Assembly (NCBI RefSeq): GCF_006345805.1
Contig: NW_021833582.1
Span: 1 to 57,038 of the forward strand
Origin: Octopus sinensis
Lineage: Eukaryota
DNA length: 57,038 nt
Direction of reading: 5' to 3'
Below are positions 12,421-24,624 of this stretch, in pieces. The translations under genes and the position numbers were made by a program. The notes under the pieces are model-generated. The model was given only the letters and a program-made list of their open reading frames with translations, was not told the origin of the DNA and did no database searches. Within the stretch, counting starts at the first letter, position 1. The number at the start of each line of letters is the position of its first letter.

Positions 12421-12469
12421 TGGAGGAACTGGAACCAAACTTTGGCATCGAGAGTTATACTGACCACGA

Positions 12470-14830
12470 ACTGGACGTCGCTGCACTGTTCCAAATGTTC
12501 CCGTCATCCCGTCTTGAGTGAGAACAATGCACTATTGCAATAGGTTGGGATTTAATGCCTACCCAAAACATCTGAAACATCTTCATGGTGTAGAGGCGGT
12601 AGTGTTCAGGAAACAAATTGATCATCGGCTGTCCGAGGTCCCTGACGAAGAAACTCAAACAGGGGAGCAGCATCAAATTCCCTCCTTCACAAAAGGCTAA
12701 TTGTAAAAGAATAGCCACTGAAAAGACACCGGTGGCGCTCCAGCATGACAACAGATTTGTTTTGTGACCTGCTGGCAGACGTTTACCGTAAATGGCAACA
12801 GAAAGGGAAAATTCCGAGTGCTGTTGGTCGGAGTGTGGTGACACTGCTGAGGAAGGACGCCGACAATGGGGACGTACAAGGAAATTTTCAGCTCACATCT
12901 CTGCTAAACAGTGTTTAAGATTTTGGCTAAGGTGTTGACGAAAATGTTGACGCTTGTTGTCGGTAGCCTGGCCGCGAAAGCACAAAGGTGCACAATCCCG
13001 GGCAGGTCTGTCCACAACAACTTCCACCTTATGCGATACATCATAGACAGGGCTGGGATCAAACCTAGCTTCGAGAGTGCTCTGATTAATTTTAATCATT
13101 CTAAAACATTCGGTAGGGTCGACCATCACTACTTGGAAGCCGTCCTGAAAGCAGGGGATTCGGGCACAGTTTCAGAGGTTGGTTCGCTGCAATGCACAGC
13201 TGTATCTGTTCGGTGGTCAAAGTAAACAGCTACCAATCGGAAAAGTCTAGCAACGCATGCTTGATCCGTCAGGGCTTCCTGCTGTCGCCTCTTCTGTGCA
13301 TATTGGTACTCAAGCTACTTCTGCGAAAGATCGAACTCAGACGCGGAAAGGCAGTATCAGCGTACACCAACGAACTGGAGACTCTTAGCATCATTCTAGA
13401 GGAATATGAGTCAGTTGCAGGGGCTAAAAGCACCGCTGACAAATCGATTGTTTGCGGTAAGTCTCCTGGATAGTCAGGTTCATGTTATGGGACGGTGTCG
13501 TTGGACGCTGGACCGACAGACCAGTCAAATTGCACGTAGTCTGGTTTGGTCCCACCCTCCAGGAAGGTAAGAACTGAGACTAAGTGACGAACAGGGTGAC
13601 CAGTCTTACCCAGAAATGGCTGAGAGGAAGCTATCCTTGAAAGATCAGGCAGAGGAGGCGAATGCCTACATTTCCTACTTCATCTTTTATCGCCTGATCA
13701 TTGTGCCTTGTCCCGGTTACTGCTTGACTGGGTTGGAACGTCTAATTTAATTTCTTGTGGAAGGATTGCGTTCCGATGGTCAGACCATCAGTCTACTGCC
13801 AGCACCCTCTGAGTGGCGGCTTAGGCACGCTGTGGCTTCTAATGCGCAGATACGGTGTTACGTTGCGCCACCTGCAATGATTTCTAAAAGGTGAGCATGC
13901 GTGGGCTCCGTTTGGGAGGAACGTCTTTCCATAGCTTGTCTCCTTGACAGAGCTGTAGTCCTGGGTAAAGAAAAGACCGCGACTAGGCGCTTGACGCCTA
14001 GTATGTCAACAGGCACTCACAGCCATCTACCAGTCGGACAATGGGATCGTGGGCTGTTCTGCTTCAGTAATTTATAGATTATTACTGGCGAAGTGCGACG
14101 ATGTTCTTGGCGTTCTGGAAGACGTTCCGGTCGGTCATTATCATGGATACATTCCATATGTTCTTGGCCAAAATAGTGCTGCCGCAGGGCGCTTCCGGTT
14201 CGAGATAAATTCAATAGGCACGGATGTCCTGTCACACGGGCTTCTCCGAAGCGCGCACTGAATGATGTAACTGTTCTGCACGCACTCGTTTAGTGTCCAG
14301 ACATTGCTGATTTGTGGGGTTATGTCGAACACCTGTCACGTATGGGACAGATCCATCTATCGGTGGAGTGCATAGTAATGGTTGCTCGCTGCTCTTCTTT
14401 AATCAGCAAGCAAGGCATGTTTTTCGTCTGGTGGCTGTGACGAAAGAGGTTGTTTGGTGGACAAGACTAAAAGGCATGAGGATAGATACATTCCTCTTTG
14501 TTTATGATCTGAGGGGTTTCTTCAAGTTTCACATGAAAAGGAAATGGAGTATAGAGTGGGAAGTTCTGCCCTCGAGTTAATTTATTAAAAGGTGGGTGAA
14601 AGTTGCGAAAATAGCAAGAGTGGATGGTACCTCTGTGTGTGTAAACCTGTGAGTCGAAGAGTAGGAATTGGAGAGGACACATGTCCTTGGTTTTCAAGGA
14701 GATATGGCACAGTAGGGTTCCTCGATTATCCCTGGAGGTTATCCTTTATCAGGAGGACTACGTCTCAATCACCCGCCTTTTTTCTTTTTAGCCTTTGTAT
14801 ATTGCGTATATTTCCCTTCCTTTTCATTGT
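12470..14830 (+). mobile_element. Degenerate Tx1/L1-clade LINE (RT and C-terminal region)
   Basis: FKILAKVLTKML..QRCTIPGRSVHNNFHLMRYII..INFNHSKTFGRVDHHYLEAVLKAG, and IRQGFLLSPLLCILVL..VSAY. Many stops and frameshifts. Confidence 0.75.
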
Positions 14831-15079
14831 ATGACACTTATATTTACTCTTTTTCGTTGTTTTTGTTATTTCATCATTTCATTACTTGTACATCTCCACA
14901 CTTTGTGTCTGTTTTTGCATTTTCCCCCTAATACTTCGTCCTGATGTCATCATAATCATTATCATCATCATTATTATTATTGTTGTTCTTGTTGTCGTTT
15001 TTATTATTGTTGTTGTTGTTTCGTAACATAGTGTAGGTAAAAATGCACCGTAGTCTTTAGTCATCTGTTAAGTCACAAG

Positions 15080-15960
15080 GACCTCAGAGAGATAATACTT
15101 TCTTTAAGATGTGCGCAGTACCCAATAAGGCTGCTTTTTGCAAGACCTCAATCTTGCATGGGATTTCCAGTTGCCTTAAGAAGTCTTGAAGTTCCAAAGG
15201 GATTGGGCCCATTTTTACACTCTCATTCTATACAGTCTTGCCATTTTCACTTTCCATTCGGAGTACTTGGTGAATTTTTAACCTCTTTACTCACAACATT
15301 CATGTCATTTGGTATGGCTACATCAATGATCTGACAGTATTCTTCTCTCCCATTCAATATGACAATACCCGGCCGACGGTGTTCGATTACATGATCCGTC
15401 TGAAAATTATAGTCCCAGACTATCGTTACTTTTCCATCCTCCTGCTTATATATCATACCAGTTCTCTGTTACTTCATATTGATATTTACGGCATAAGAGT
15501 CAAAGAGGATACACGCACACTTTATCGTGGCGGCGCTTGTATTTTCCACATTTTCCAGTTAGGCACACCCACTTGTTCTTTCACATCGCCCGTACTTATG
15601 ACAATATTCCCTTATTTCTTTCCTACTTGTAATTCTATCTTGATAGTTCCTACACACATCGCACCCCATTTATTTACAACATTATTTCCCATAATCCGCT
15701 CCAGAACTCCTTGATTTGATTTCCATTAGGAGCAACATATTCCTCATTGTCTCCTTCTAACGTTTGGGTTATTTTTGAACAAACTGTTCTCCTCGAACTG
15801 TTTATTTCTGTCCACAAGTCTTCTGATCTTCTGTCTTTTTGCCATGATCCTCTGTTTTAACTGCTCTATTACTGCATCAAACCCGAACCTCCATATTTTA
15901 TATTTCTTCTCTAATTTTTCTCGGTCGGTCTTTTTCCCATTTTTCCAATTTCCTCTTAAT
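15080..15960 (-). mobile_element. R4/Dong-clade LINE fragments (internally deleted)
   Basis: IVWDYNFQTDHVIEHRRPGIVIL..CQIIDVAIPND (REL endonuclease) plus N-terminal remnants, adjacent to a (TTA)n tract at ~15980-16090. Confidence 0.7.
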
Positions 15961-16089
15961 CACTGCTCAATTTTACCTAGATTATTATTATATTATATTA
16001 TTATTATTATTATTATTATATTATTATTATTATTATTATCATTGTTGCTTTTGTTGTTGTTGTTATTATTATTATATTATTATTATTAT

Positions 16090-16350
16090 GTTTTTTCCTT
16101 CTTTCTTCAAATTTTCTTCCGTTTCTCGGCGAGTGTTTTCCATACACCTAGGGCAGAGAAGGGCATTATATGCATTCCCAGATTATACGCGCAAATTCAC
16201 AGATAAAATATTTATTTAAAATTAATAAACAAATAAATTCATGGATGGATGTTATTTTCACAACGATAGTGTTCTTCTCAGTACATGAGCCGTTCCAGTT
16301 AATACGATATTTGCACTTCCTGTAGGGATGGTAAACCTGGAATCATTTTT
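16090..16350 (-). mobile_element. 3' fragment of the R4/Dong subfamily seen at 46050-48580
   Basis: Reverse complement of ~48370-48580 (cctagggcagagaag..cagtacatgagccgttccagttaatacgat). It lies between (TTA)n tracts. Confidence 0.75.
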
Positions 16351-16386
16351 CCAGTTTCCTCTTAATCACTGCTCAATTTTACCTAG

Positions 16387-16440
<54 letters not shown>

Positions 16441-16619
16441 GATGTCGAACAGTATTAGATATTGTGAGGGTGGTTGATTGACGATATTGTGTCTACTAGG
16501 GAGTTTGCACTATCCGTCAATTTACAACAAGGGCTTCAGGCAGACAGTACTTCACGCAATATGCATGAAGTTCTAAATAGTGCCGACTTTAGCAATACAT
16601 CTAGATTGTAGGGTATCTC

Positions 16620-17320
16620 TAAAGTTTTCAGATGTTTTTTCAGATTAGATGGTATTGAACCTAATGCTCCGATGCTATTAGGGATAACCTTTATGTTCGT
16701 ATCTCAGTTTTCAGGTCGCCATATTTATCTACTTTTTCTCTTTCTTTCATGATACGTTGATCTCCTGGCACTGCTACGTCGATTATTAGACACTCTTCGT
16801 TGTCCCTCCTAAATGTTACTCTATCTAGCCTTCGCTGCTCTAACACATTGCCTATATGGAAATCGAAGTCCCAGTGGAGATTTGCCTCCCTTTTTTCGTC
16901 CATTGCTTTTTCCGGTGTATGTTGGTATGAAGCACCCTTGAACTCAGTAACCTCATATCCATACTTACGGCATAGTAGCCAGTGGAGGTTTGGGGCTACT
17001 TTATAGTGTCAACGCTAGTACCCTTCATGGACAAGTCTTTCACAAGTACTAAAATGTGTGTCCCATTTTCGACCCTCTTCCCACAATGCTGCAAAGGTCC
17101 GATGCGCTTGTTTGTTATATGTATTTTCGTTGAATTGGTATTTAATGCCTGTAGTGGGTAGCGATGATTAGGCTTTTACTATCCTTTTTAGGTCATCCTT
17201 GTTAAGTCACCTCTATGATGCTTCTGGTCTTTTAATTTGTTGGTTTCACGGTGGAACTTACCATGTAATTCCATATGGAATAGGGTTCTTCTCTCTCGTT
17301 GGCTATGAAGAAACCCTACG
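16620..17320 (-). mobile_element. R4/Dong-clade LINE fragment
   Basis: LHWDFDFHIGNVLEQRRLD..CLIIDVAVPGDQRIMKEREKVDKYGDL (REL domain). Confidence 0.7.
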
Positions 17321-17329
17321 TTATTTTTA

Positions 17330-17403
<74 letters not shown>

Positions 17404-17425
17404 TATTATTCGTATTATCATTATA

Positions 17426-20400
17426 TCAGTAGTTTTATTTTTATAGCGTGCTATCACTTTACTACCGAGCGCGCTCTGTGTGCCTTGGGTATGTGCTGTG
17501 ATTTGTTGTGATGCTCTGATGGTTATTGTATGGAAAGTGTTCTGCGTAGGATGTGTGCAGTGCCTAGTAGTGCAATTTTCTGTATGTTATATGTGTTTGT
17601 AAGTCCTGGTGTTTTGTTATGTATTTGTCTGAATATTTTTTTATCATGCCTAATGCACCTACTATGATAGGAATTGTTTCTGTCTTTAGATTTCACATTC
17701 TGGCTACCTCTATTTCCAGGTCTTTGTATTTTGAGAGTTTCTCCATTTCTTTTAGAGACACGTTGTCATCAGCCGGTATTGATACATCAATTAGAAAGCA
17801 TTTTTTTCTTCATGATCTTTGACAACTATATCTGGTATGTTGGCCTTAATTTCTCTATCTGTGTGTATCGGCATATCGCAGAGTATGGCTGCTTTCTCGT
17901 TTTCTGTGACCTTTTCTGGTGTGTGCCTATACCATCTTTTTTCTGTTGTTATTCTATAATGTTGGCATAGCTTCCAGTGTATGTAGGTTCCAACTCTGTC
18001 ATGTCTGTGAACATATTCCTTCTTAGCCAGGACTGGGCAGCCAGAGATAATATGATTTATTGTTTCTTGTCCATCTCCACATATTCTGCAGTTACTTGTT
18101 ATATTTCTTTTCATTACATGTTTTGGGTAATTTCTGGTGGGGAGGCTTTGGTCTTGTGCTGCAATTAAAAATCCCTCTGTTTCTGCTTTGAGTCCTGAGC
18201 TTCTCAACCATTGCTGGGATGTTTCTTTGTGTATTTCTTTTGCGTTTAGTTTAGTCCAGTATTTACCATGAAGGCGCTTTTCTTGCCATCGTTTTATCAT
18301 GGTTCGTTGCTGTTCGATTTTTAGTTTGGATTTCATTTGTTTTATAGCTTTTGTTGTTTCTTCATCTTCTTCTTCTTCTTCTTTTCTTCATATTTATTAG
18401 GTGGTATGATTTCTTGTTTTATTTGTCAGCTTCTTTAAATACTGACAACAATTTTTTGTTTTGCTCGTGTTTTGCCGCTATATGTATCAGTTTTCCTTCA
18501 TTCTGAAGTAGTATTTTTGCAATCCTATGGTGGTTATTTTATAGTAGTTTTCCAGTTGTATGAGGCCTCTACCACCTTCTATACCTGTATGTATAGTTTT
18601 CTATGTCAGATTTTGGGTGATGCATCCTAGATCTGTCATTATTTTTCTTGTTTTCCTATCTATTTTGGTCAGTTCATTTAGTGTCAGTTAAGGATATTGT
18701 AGCTGTAACTTATAACTGGGACAGCTAAGTGTTAATACCTATTATCTTTTTTTTTTAGCATTGAGCTCTGTTTTTAGCATTAATCTAACTCGTCTATAAT
18801 ATTCTTTTTATTTTCTCTTTCATTTGTGTTGGTTGTGGTCTTATCTAGTTCATGGATTCCTAATTATTTGTAAGTTTGGCTTTGGTCTAATTCTTTTATT
18901 TCATTTGTTTTATCTAGTGTGATGCTGCTACTCTTCACTAGTTTTCCTCTTTCAGGGTTACTTTGGCGCATTTTTCTAATCCAAATTTATATCTATTTCT
19001 TTGGTAAATCCATGAACAGTCTTTAATAGTGTTTCCAGCTGCTGTCATTTGCAGCGTATAGTTTTAGGTCATCCATATATAAAAGGTGGCTGATCGTTTT
19101 GCCGTAACATTTATATCCGCATCCAGTTCTATTTAGCAAATCATATAGGGGTCACAGTGCCAAGCAGAAAAGGAGTGGAGAGAGCGTGTCTCCTTGGAAT
19201 ATTCCTCTTCTAATGGGGATGTCTTTGGTTTTCATGAGTCCCTCTTTTGTTTGGAGGTGTAGGACTGTTTGCCATTTATTCATAGAGTGCTCTATGAATT
19301 TTATGATTGTTGGTGCTACTTTGTTAATGGCTAGTGTTTCGAGGATCCATGTGTGGGGGATGCTATCAAACGCCTTTTTGTAGTCGATCCAGGCCATACT
19401 GAGGCCTTTCTTCTTTCTGTGGCTGTCTTCAGTTATGGCTTTATTAATCATTAGTTGATCTTTACAGCCATATGAGCTTTTGCGGCATCCTTTCTGCTCT
19501 TCTGGGAACAGTTTGTTTTCGTCCAGGTGCTTGTTCAACCTTTGCGATATCACTGCAGTAAATGCCTTGAACATTGTAAGGAGACAGGTTATTGGTATGT
19601 AGTTTTCTGGTTTTGCTGTCTCATTTGATTTGGGAATTAAGATGGTTTTCCCCTTCGTGAGCCATTCAGGCCTTGTCTCTGGCTCTGCTAGCATGTTGTT
19701 AAAGTTTTCAGCCAGCTTTTTGTGCATTCCTGTTAGATATTTCAACCAGAAGTTGGGGATCTTGTCATGCCCAGGTGCCTTCCAGTTGCTTAGTCTTTGC
19801 AGTGCCTGGGTGACCTCTTCAGTTGTTATGGTGATCCAAAGTTGTTCAGATGCCGAGTTTGTTATTTTGATACTCCTTTCTTTTGGTTGTTCGTTCGCCG
19901 ACCATATTTCTCTCCAGAATTCTTCCACTTCTTCTGCCGTTGGTGCTGCAGTGATTTCTATTTTATTTTTGCCAAGTTCTTGGTAGAACTTTTTGGGGCT
20001 GGAGTTGAACTTTTTGTTTTGTTCAAAGAAGCGCTGGCGGTTCTCGTACCGGCGGATTCTTTGTGCTTTGGCAAGGATATCTTGCTTCAGCTTTTCTTTT
20101 ATCTCAGGTAAATCTTTTTCTGTGATGTTATATTTGCGGAGTATTTTTGTTTTCTTTTTGTTGCTCAGTAGCGTTGATTGTCTGCTGATTTCATTAAGAA
20201 TCGACAGATCTTTTCTCATTTTTTGTATTTTGTTTTGGATGTTATTTATCCACAGGGTTTGTTTGGGTTTTGGTACTCCTGTTTGGATGGGTTTGAGTGA
20301 GTATCCAGCTTCTTCTGTGGCTGCAGTGGCTGCTGCGTATACTAAGTCATTTAGCTCAGTGATGTCGCTTTTTGTTTCAGTGGCTATTAGTTCAGTGACG

Positions 20401-21410
20401 GTTAGTTTTATGCTGTTTATAATTGGTGTTTTGTTTCGTCTATTTTGATTCTTGGGAGGTATGGTCGGTGGGCCATTTTGAGCTCTGTGGTTTTCAGTTC
20501 TTTGATTATTTTACTTTTTATATTATCATAATCATTAGGCTCCCCTTCGTTGTTTACATCGTGTTTGTTGGGAATGTTTCGTTTGTCTTCGTGTTTTAAT
20601 ATTTCAGTGTTTATATTATTGGGTATTGTTGTGTGGCTTCTATCTACATTTTCCTTGTGTATTGTTTCTTTTAGATGTTCTATTTCTATTTCTGATATTT
20701 CTTTTGCTTTGAGAATGTATCTTCGTACGTTAGCTAATTTATTAGGGTTCATTGCTATATCCAAGTCTATATTTATGTTATTTTCCTTCCATATGTGTTG
20801 TTGTCTTTTCATTTTTTTGGTAGAGCACTGCTGTGAAGTATGCGTGTAAGATAGAAATGTATTCCTCACGTGTCCATTTATGTCTTTTGGGTTTTATTTG
20901 CGGGACATGAGGAACAACGCCCGGCCCATTATTTTGACGGTCGTCATTTTCGTAGGGTATCGGTCCGTTAATTTCTGTTGTCACATTATTTCGCACGTGT
21001 AGCTTTCCGTACATTTTTTGTTGTAAGTTTAAAGTACGTACCGCTCCATTGTTATTCTTGGGTTGAATACTGGTATTTTGTTCTTGTATTTTATTGTGCA
21101 GTTCTTTGTTACGTCCCTTTTTGTGTTACATTTTTTCTTGCTTGTTTTACCCCTCTGCGAGATTATTTTATTTTAATTCTCTCGTAGGAAGGCCTAGCAT
21201 GACCAGACGTGTCCTGTCTTGCCTTCGAAACACGCTATGTCTGCTAGTGACAGCTGATGAAGGGGATTTTTCCTTGTGTAGCATCTCCTGTACCTCGTTT
21301 TTCTGTTGTACTTAATGTTTTTCCTGTTTTCGTTCTCGTCCGTCTGTTGTAACAAAACGGCTTTTCCGTTATCGTTTCTGTTGAGTTTACGTCTTTTTGT
21401 GGTGTCCTGT
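17426..21410 (-). mobile_element. Near full-length R4/Dong-clade non-LTR retrotransposon (RT + CCHC + REL endonuclease), frameshifted
   Basis: KRHKWTREEY N-terminus; WKAPGHDKI; EEQKGCRKSSYGCKDQL; WIDYKKAFDS; RGIFQGDTLSPLLF; CRICGDGQETINHIISGC; PDIVV. The 3' end (ataaaactactga) abuts (TTA)n at 17329-17425. The 5' limit is approximate. Confidence 0.92.
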
Positions 21411-21600
21411 ACGTATATATATTTATATATGCATGTATATATACATGTAGATGTCGGTACGTACATATATGTTTGTATGTATGCATATATTTTATTTATT
21501 ACACTATTGTCTGACAGCGCTCGCGTCGGGTTCGTTCGAATTTTCGACTTTTCGAATTTTCACTTCGTTCCGTCTCTATCCTCCCAGTATTGTTTTATAG

Positions 21601-21639
<39 letters not shown>

Positions 21640-21675
21640 TATATATATATATATATATATACATACATACATACA

Positions 21676-21709
<34 letters not shown>

Positions 21710-21906
21710 CATACATGCATGAACACATGCGCACGCACAGAAATATAAACTTGATATATATACGCATAATAGGTAACGTATATATATATATATATATATA
21801 TACCGGAGTAAACACATAAATGTGAAACAAGGTGGAAAAAATAGTACTCAAATACCAGTGGTAGAGAAATATGCTTTATTTAAAGCAGCAGAAAATTTAA
21901 CAATAT

Positions 21907-21944
21907 CTGTTACTCTGAGTTTCTCGTTGCCGTTCATCAGACAA
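21907..21944 (-). ncRNA. Type I minimal hammerhead ribozyme
   Basis: ttgt-CTGATGA-acg-gcaa-cga-GAAAC-tcaga-GTA-acag. GNRA-capped helix II has an A.A first pair, and helix III is near-palindromic (ACTC-A-GAGT). Confidence 0.7.
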
Positions 21945-22100
21945 TTTTTGCTAAAATGGAACCGATATATGTACGCAATCTATCTCGCACGCAAGTTAAA
22001 ATCATCGATGCTAATGTGGCGTTTCTTATTTACGGAGTAAAGCTTAAGTAAGGGGGACGTAAAGTTGTATGTACCAGTATCAGTTAGAGAAAAAAACGAA

Positions 22101-22766
22101 TGGGCTTTCAATTTGGCCGTAAAGACTAATATAGGTAAGGCATTTTTGAGATTAGTCTCTAAGCATTTTAAGCAGGGCCATAAATTCTATAGGATATTTA
22201 ATAGAAGAACCCTGAAGGTTAGCTATTCTTGTTGCAGAAATTTCGCCTCTTACATTAGCCAGCATACTAGGAATCTGATTGAGATTAGACATGGTGCCGA
22301 GCCCATTAAGAAATGCAATTTCAAAAACGAAAACTCGTGTCCGTTAGAAGGGAAATGTCTAGTTAAAGGAGTAGTTTATAGAGCCAAGGTGCAAATAGAA
22401 GGCTCATCGGAATACAAGACATATACAGGGGCTTCAGAAAATTCATTTAAAACACGATTTTATTCACATAAAAATTCATTTAGATACCCAGAGAATAGGA
22501 AGAGGACCAGCCTAGCAAAATATGTCTGGGAACTAAAAGGAAAGGAAACCCCACCTTTCAACGTGACATGGAGCATTCTGGATAGAGCGGCACCATACAG
22601 GCATGGAGCACACAGAAATAATTTTTAATGCAAGCTTTGCCTATTAGAGAAACTGTATATTTTATTCAAAGACAATAATTCTTTGAATCAAAGAAGTGAG
22701 CTAATGAACTTATGTAGGCACGCAACCAAATTTAAAATGTCAAATATAAATATACCATATAGATAG
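22101..22766 (+). pseudogene. PLE GIY-YIG endonuclease region (5'-truncated, one frameshift near C-terminus)
   Basis: VKTNIGKAFLRLVSKHF..IFNRRTLKVSYSC; CPLEGKCLVKGVVYRAKV..TYTGASENSFKTRFYSH..TSLAKYVWELK. After the frameshift at ~22625 it reads CKLCLLEKLYIL..LNQRSELMNLCRH. Confidence 0.92.
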
Positions 22767-23934
22767 AGTATATATTTTGTATTTTTGATTTTTGAAATAT
22801 TGATTTTGACTCTTGGACTAGTATGTAAACGCGACGATGGATTTGTTACGCGCTATGCAGATTTCATTCCGTATAGCAAAGTCTCATGCATATATTTTGT
22901 TTATTTTGTTTATATTTCTACATATACATTAGGAAAAACCTTCGGCTTTGATTATTTCATGTTATTGTATTGTATAGGATTACCTTGATTTTTAATTTAT
23001 AGATGATCCAACATAGGGTGTTATATTTTTATATGTCTTTCGTATATTTTTCATTATTGCACTCACCTTTTTTAAAAAGCAATGTTGTCAAAACTTAGAA
23101 TTTTGATGTAAATATGTGTATAGCCATGGATATGTATTTGTAAGCATACGTCTCTGTGTCTGTGTAAGTGAGCGTATGTTTGTGCTTAAGCACACACATA
23201 CGCGAGTGTATGTGTATGTATCCATTCGAACTTGTGTATTTTTATACTTGTCTCTATATATGTCAATAACGCGGTTACACAGCTTGTATACTTAATTTTT
23301 CTTATTTCGTTTTTACCCCACCCCTCCTTTTTCTTTTTTCCTTCCCCCTTCTTCGTTCCTTTTTCTCTCTCTTCTTTTCTTTCGTTTTTTTTCTCTAACT
23401 GATACTGGTACATACAACTTTGCGTCCCCCTTACTTAAGCTTTACTCCGTAAATAAGAAACGCTACATTAGCATCGATGATTTTAACTTGCGTGCGAGAC
23501 AGATTGCGTACATATATGTATGCATGCATTTGTGTGTATATTTTAGATTTATATTTATACGTCTGTATATGTATGGCGTTTGCACGCATCCTTCTGTGTA
23601 TGTTGATATATATATGTACACTTTAATATGAATATGTATTGCAGTGTAATATTTATAATGCTTTTAATTTCCATGCATTAATTATATTTCCTTCATTAAC
23701 GTCAATATGTATTTTATTCAATGTAAGGTTTTTTCCTCGAATTTTATAATTTTTATAATTTTTATAATTTTTTTATATATATATACATATATTTTTGAGC
23801 TCATTTCTTTGTTTATCGCTCGAAGATTGACCGTTATTTCTAAAGAGCCAATCAAACAAGTCCATTTTTTTTAAAGGTGTAGCGTTTGTAAGAGTCTGGA
23901 TTGAATTGATATATCAGTTCCATTCTAGCAAAAA

Positions 23935-23972
23935 CTGTCTGATGAACGGCAACGAGAAACTCAGAGTAACAG
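23935..23972 (+). ncRNA. Type I minimal hammerhead ribozyme
   Basis: ctgt-CTGATGA (23939-45)-acg-gcaa-cga-GAAAC (23956-60)-tcaga-GTA (23966-68)-acag. Confidence 0.72.
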
Positions 23973-24004
23973 ATATTGTTGAATTTTCTGCTGCTTTAAA
24001 TAAA

Positions 24005-24057
<53 letters not shown>

Positions 24058-24114
24058 AAATTTATGAATAAATGAAAGAATGGAGTTGAACGACAAATTA
24101 ACAAATTTCCTTTA

Positions 24115-24197
24115 TTTTCGACATATGTTTCGAAGGCTGCATATTCCTAATTGTGAAGGAATAAGGAGTACACTATGCCGCTTTCTCATCAGGAAAA
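24115..24197 (-). ncRNA. Type I minimal hammerhead ribozyme (left arm of hairpin)
   Basis: Mirror copy of 24290-24372. Confidence 0.82.
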
Positions 24198-24289
24198 ACA
24201 AGGAATTTATGTCAACATCAAGATTCTGCTCCGTGACAGCAGTCATCTAAAAGTTTTTGGGAATCTTGATGTTGACATAAATTCCTTGT

Positions 24290-24372
24290 TTTTCCTGATG
24301 AGAAAGCGGCATAATGTACTCCTTATTCCTTCACAATTAGGAATATGCAGCCTTCGAAACATATGTCGAAAA
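24290..24372 (+). ncRNA. Type I minimal hammerhead ribozyme (right arm of hairpin)
   Basis: ttttc-CTGATGA (24295-24301)-gaaagcggcata..tatgcagccttc-GAAAC (24356-60)-atat-GTC (24365-67)-gaaaa. Helix I is 5 bp, helix II is long, helix III is the perfect palindrome ACATATGT, and the cleavage triplet is GUC. Confidence 0.85.
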
Positions 24373-24624
24373 TAAAGGAAATTTGTTAATTTGTCGTTCA
24401 ACTCCATTCTTTCATTTATTCATAAATTTTATAAAAATAGACACAAATTTCCACACGAAAACACGTAGTCTCTGCCCTAGGCACGTAACTTCAACCGTGT
24501 TATTTCTGATGTGAATTTTCTACCCAGGTATCGGTTAAACGAATTATCCATAAAAAGATATTTCATTTTTCTACTCAAATATACATATGTATATATATAT
24601 ATATACATTCCTTTATTTATTAAC

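Larger units (their letters stand above)
21803..24005 (+). mobile_element. 5'-truncated Penelope-like element with inverted 5' copy of its 3' end
   Basis: 21965-22100 is the reverse complement of 23381-23517, and 21874-21970 is the reverse complement of 23909-24005. GIY-YIG ORF inside, hammerheads in both arms, and both ends abut (TA)n. Confidence 0.88.
24052..24435. repeat. Near-perfect fold-back: 175-bp arms, 34-nt spacer
   Basis: 24052-24226 is the reverse complement of 24261-24435 with one mismatch seen (tacactatg vs tacattatg). It sits directly after a (TA)n tract. Confidence 0.95.

Noticed and set aside
19186-20849. Plus-strand ORFs (e.g. 19630-19986, 19993-20448) and similar antisense ORFs over the CR1 and R4 elements
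   Set aside because: They are shadows of the TE reading frame on the opposite strand.
21220-21275. GAAAC..GTC..CTGATGA arrangement in the 5' region of the R4 element, resembling a permuted hammerhead
   Set aside because: Helix I cannot be formed convincingly and helix II starts with a mismatch, so it is treated as chance.
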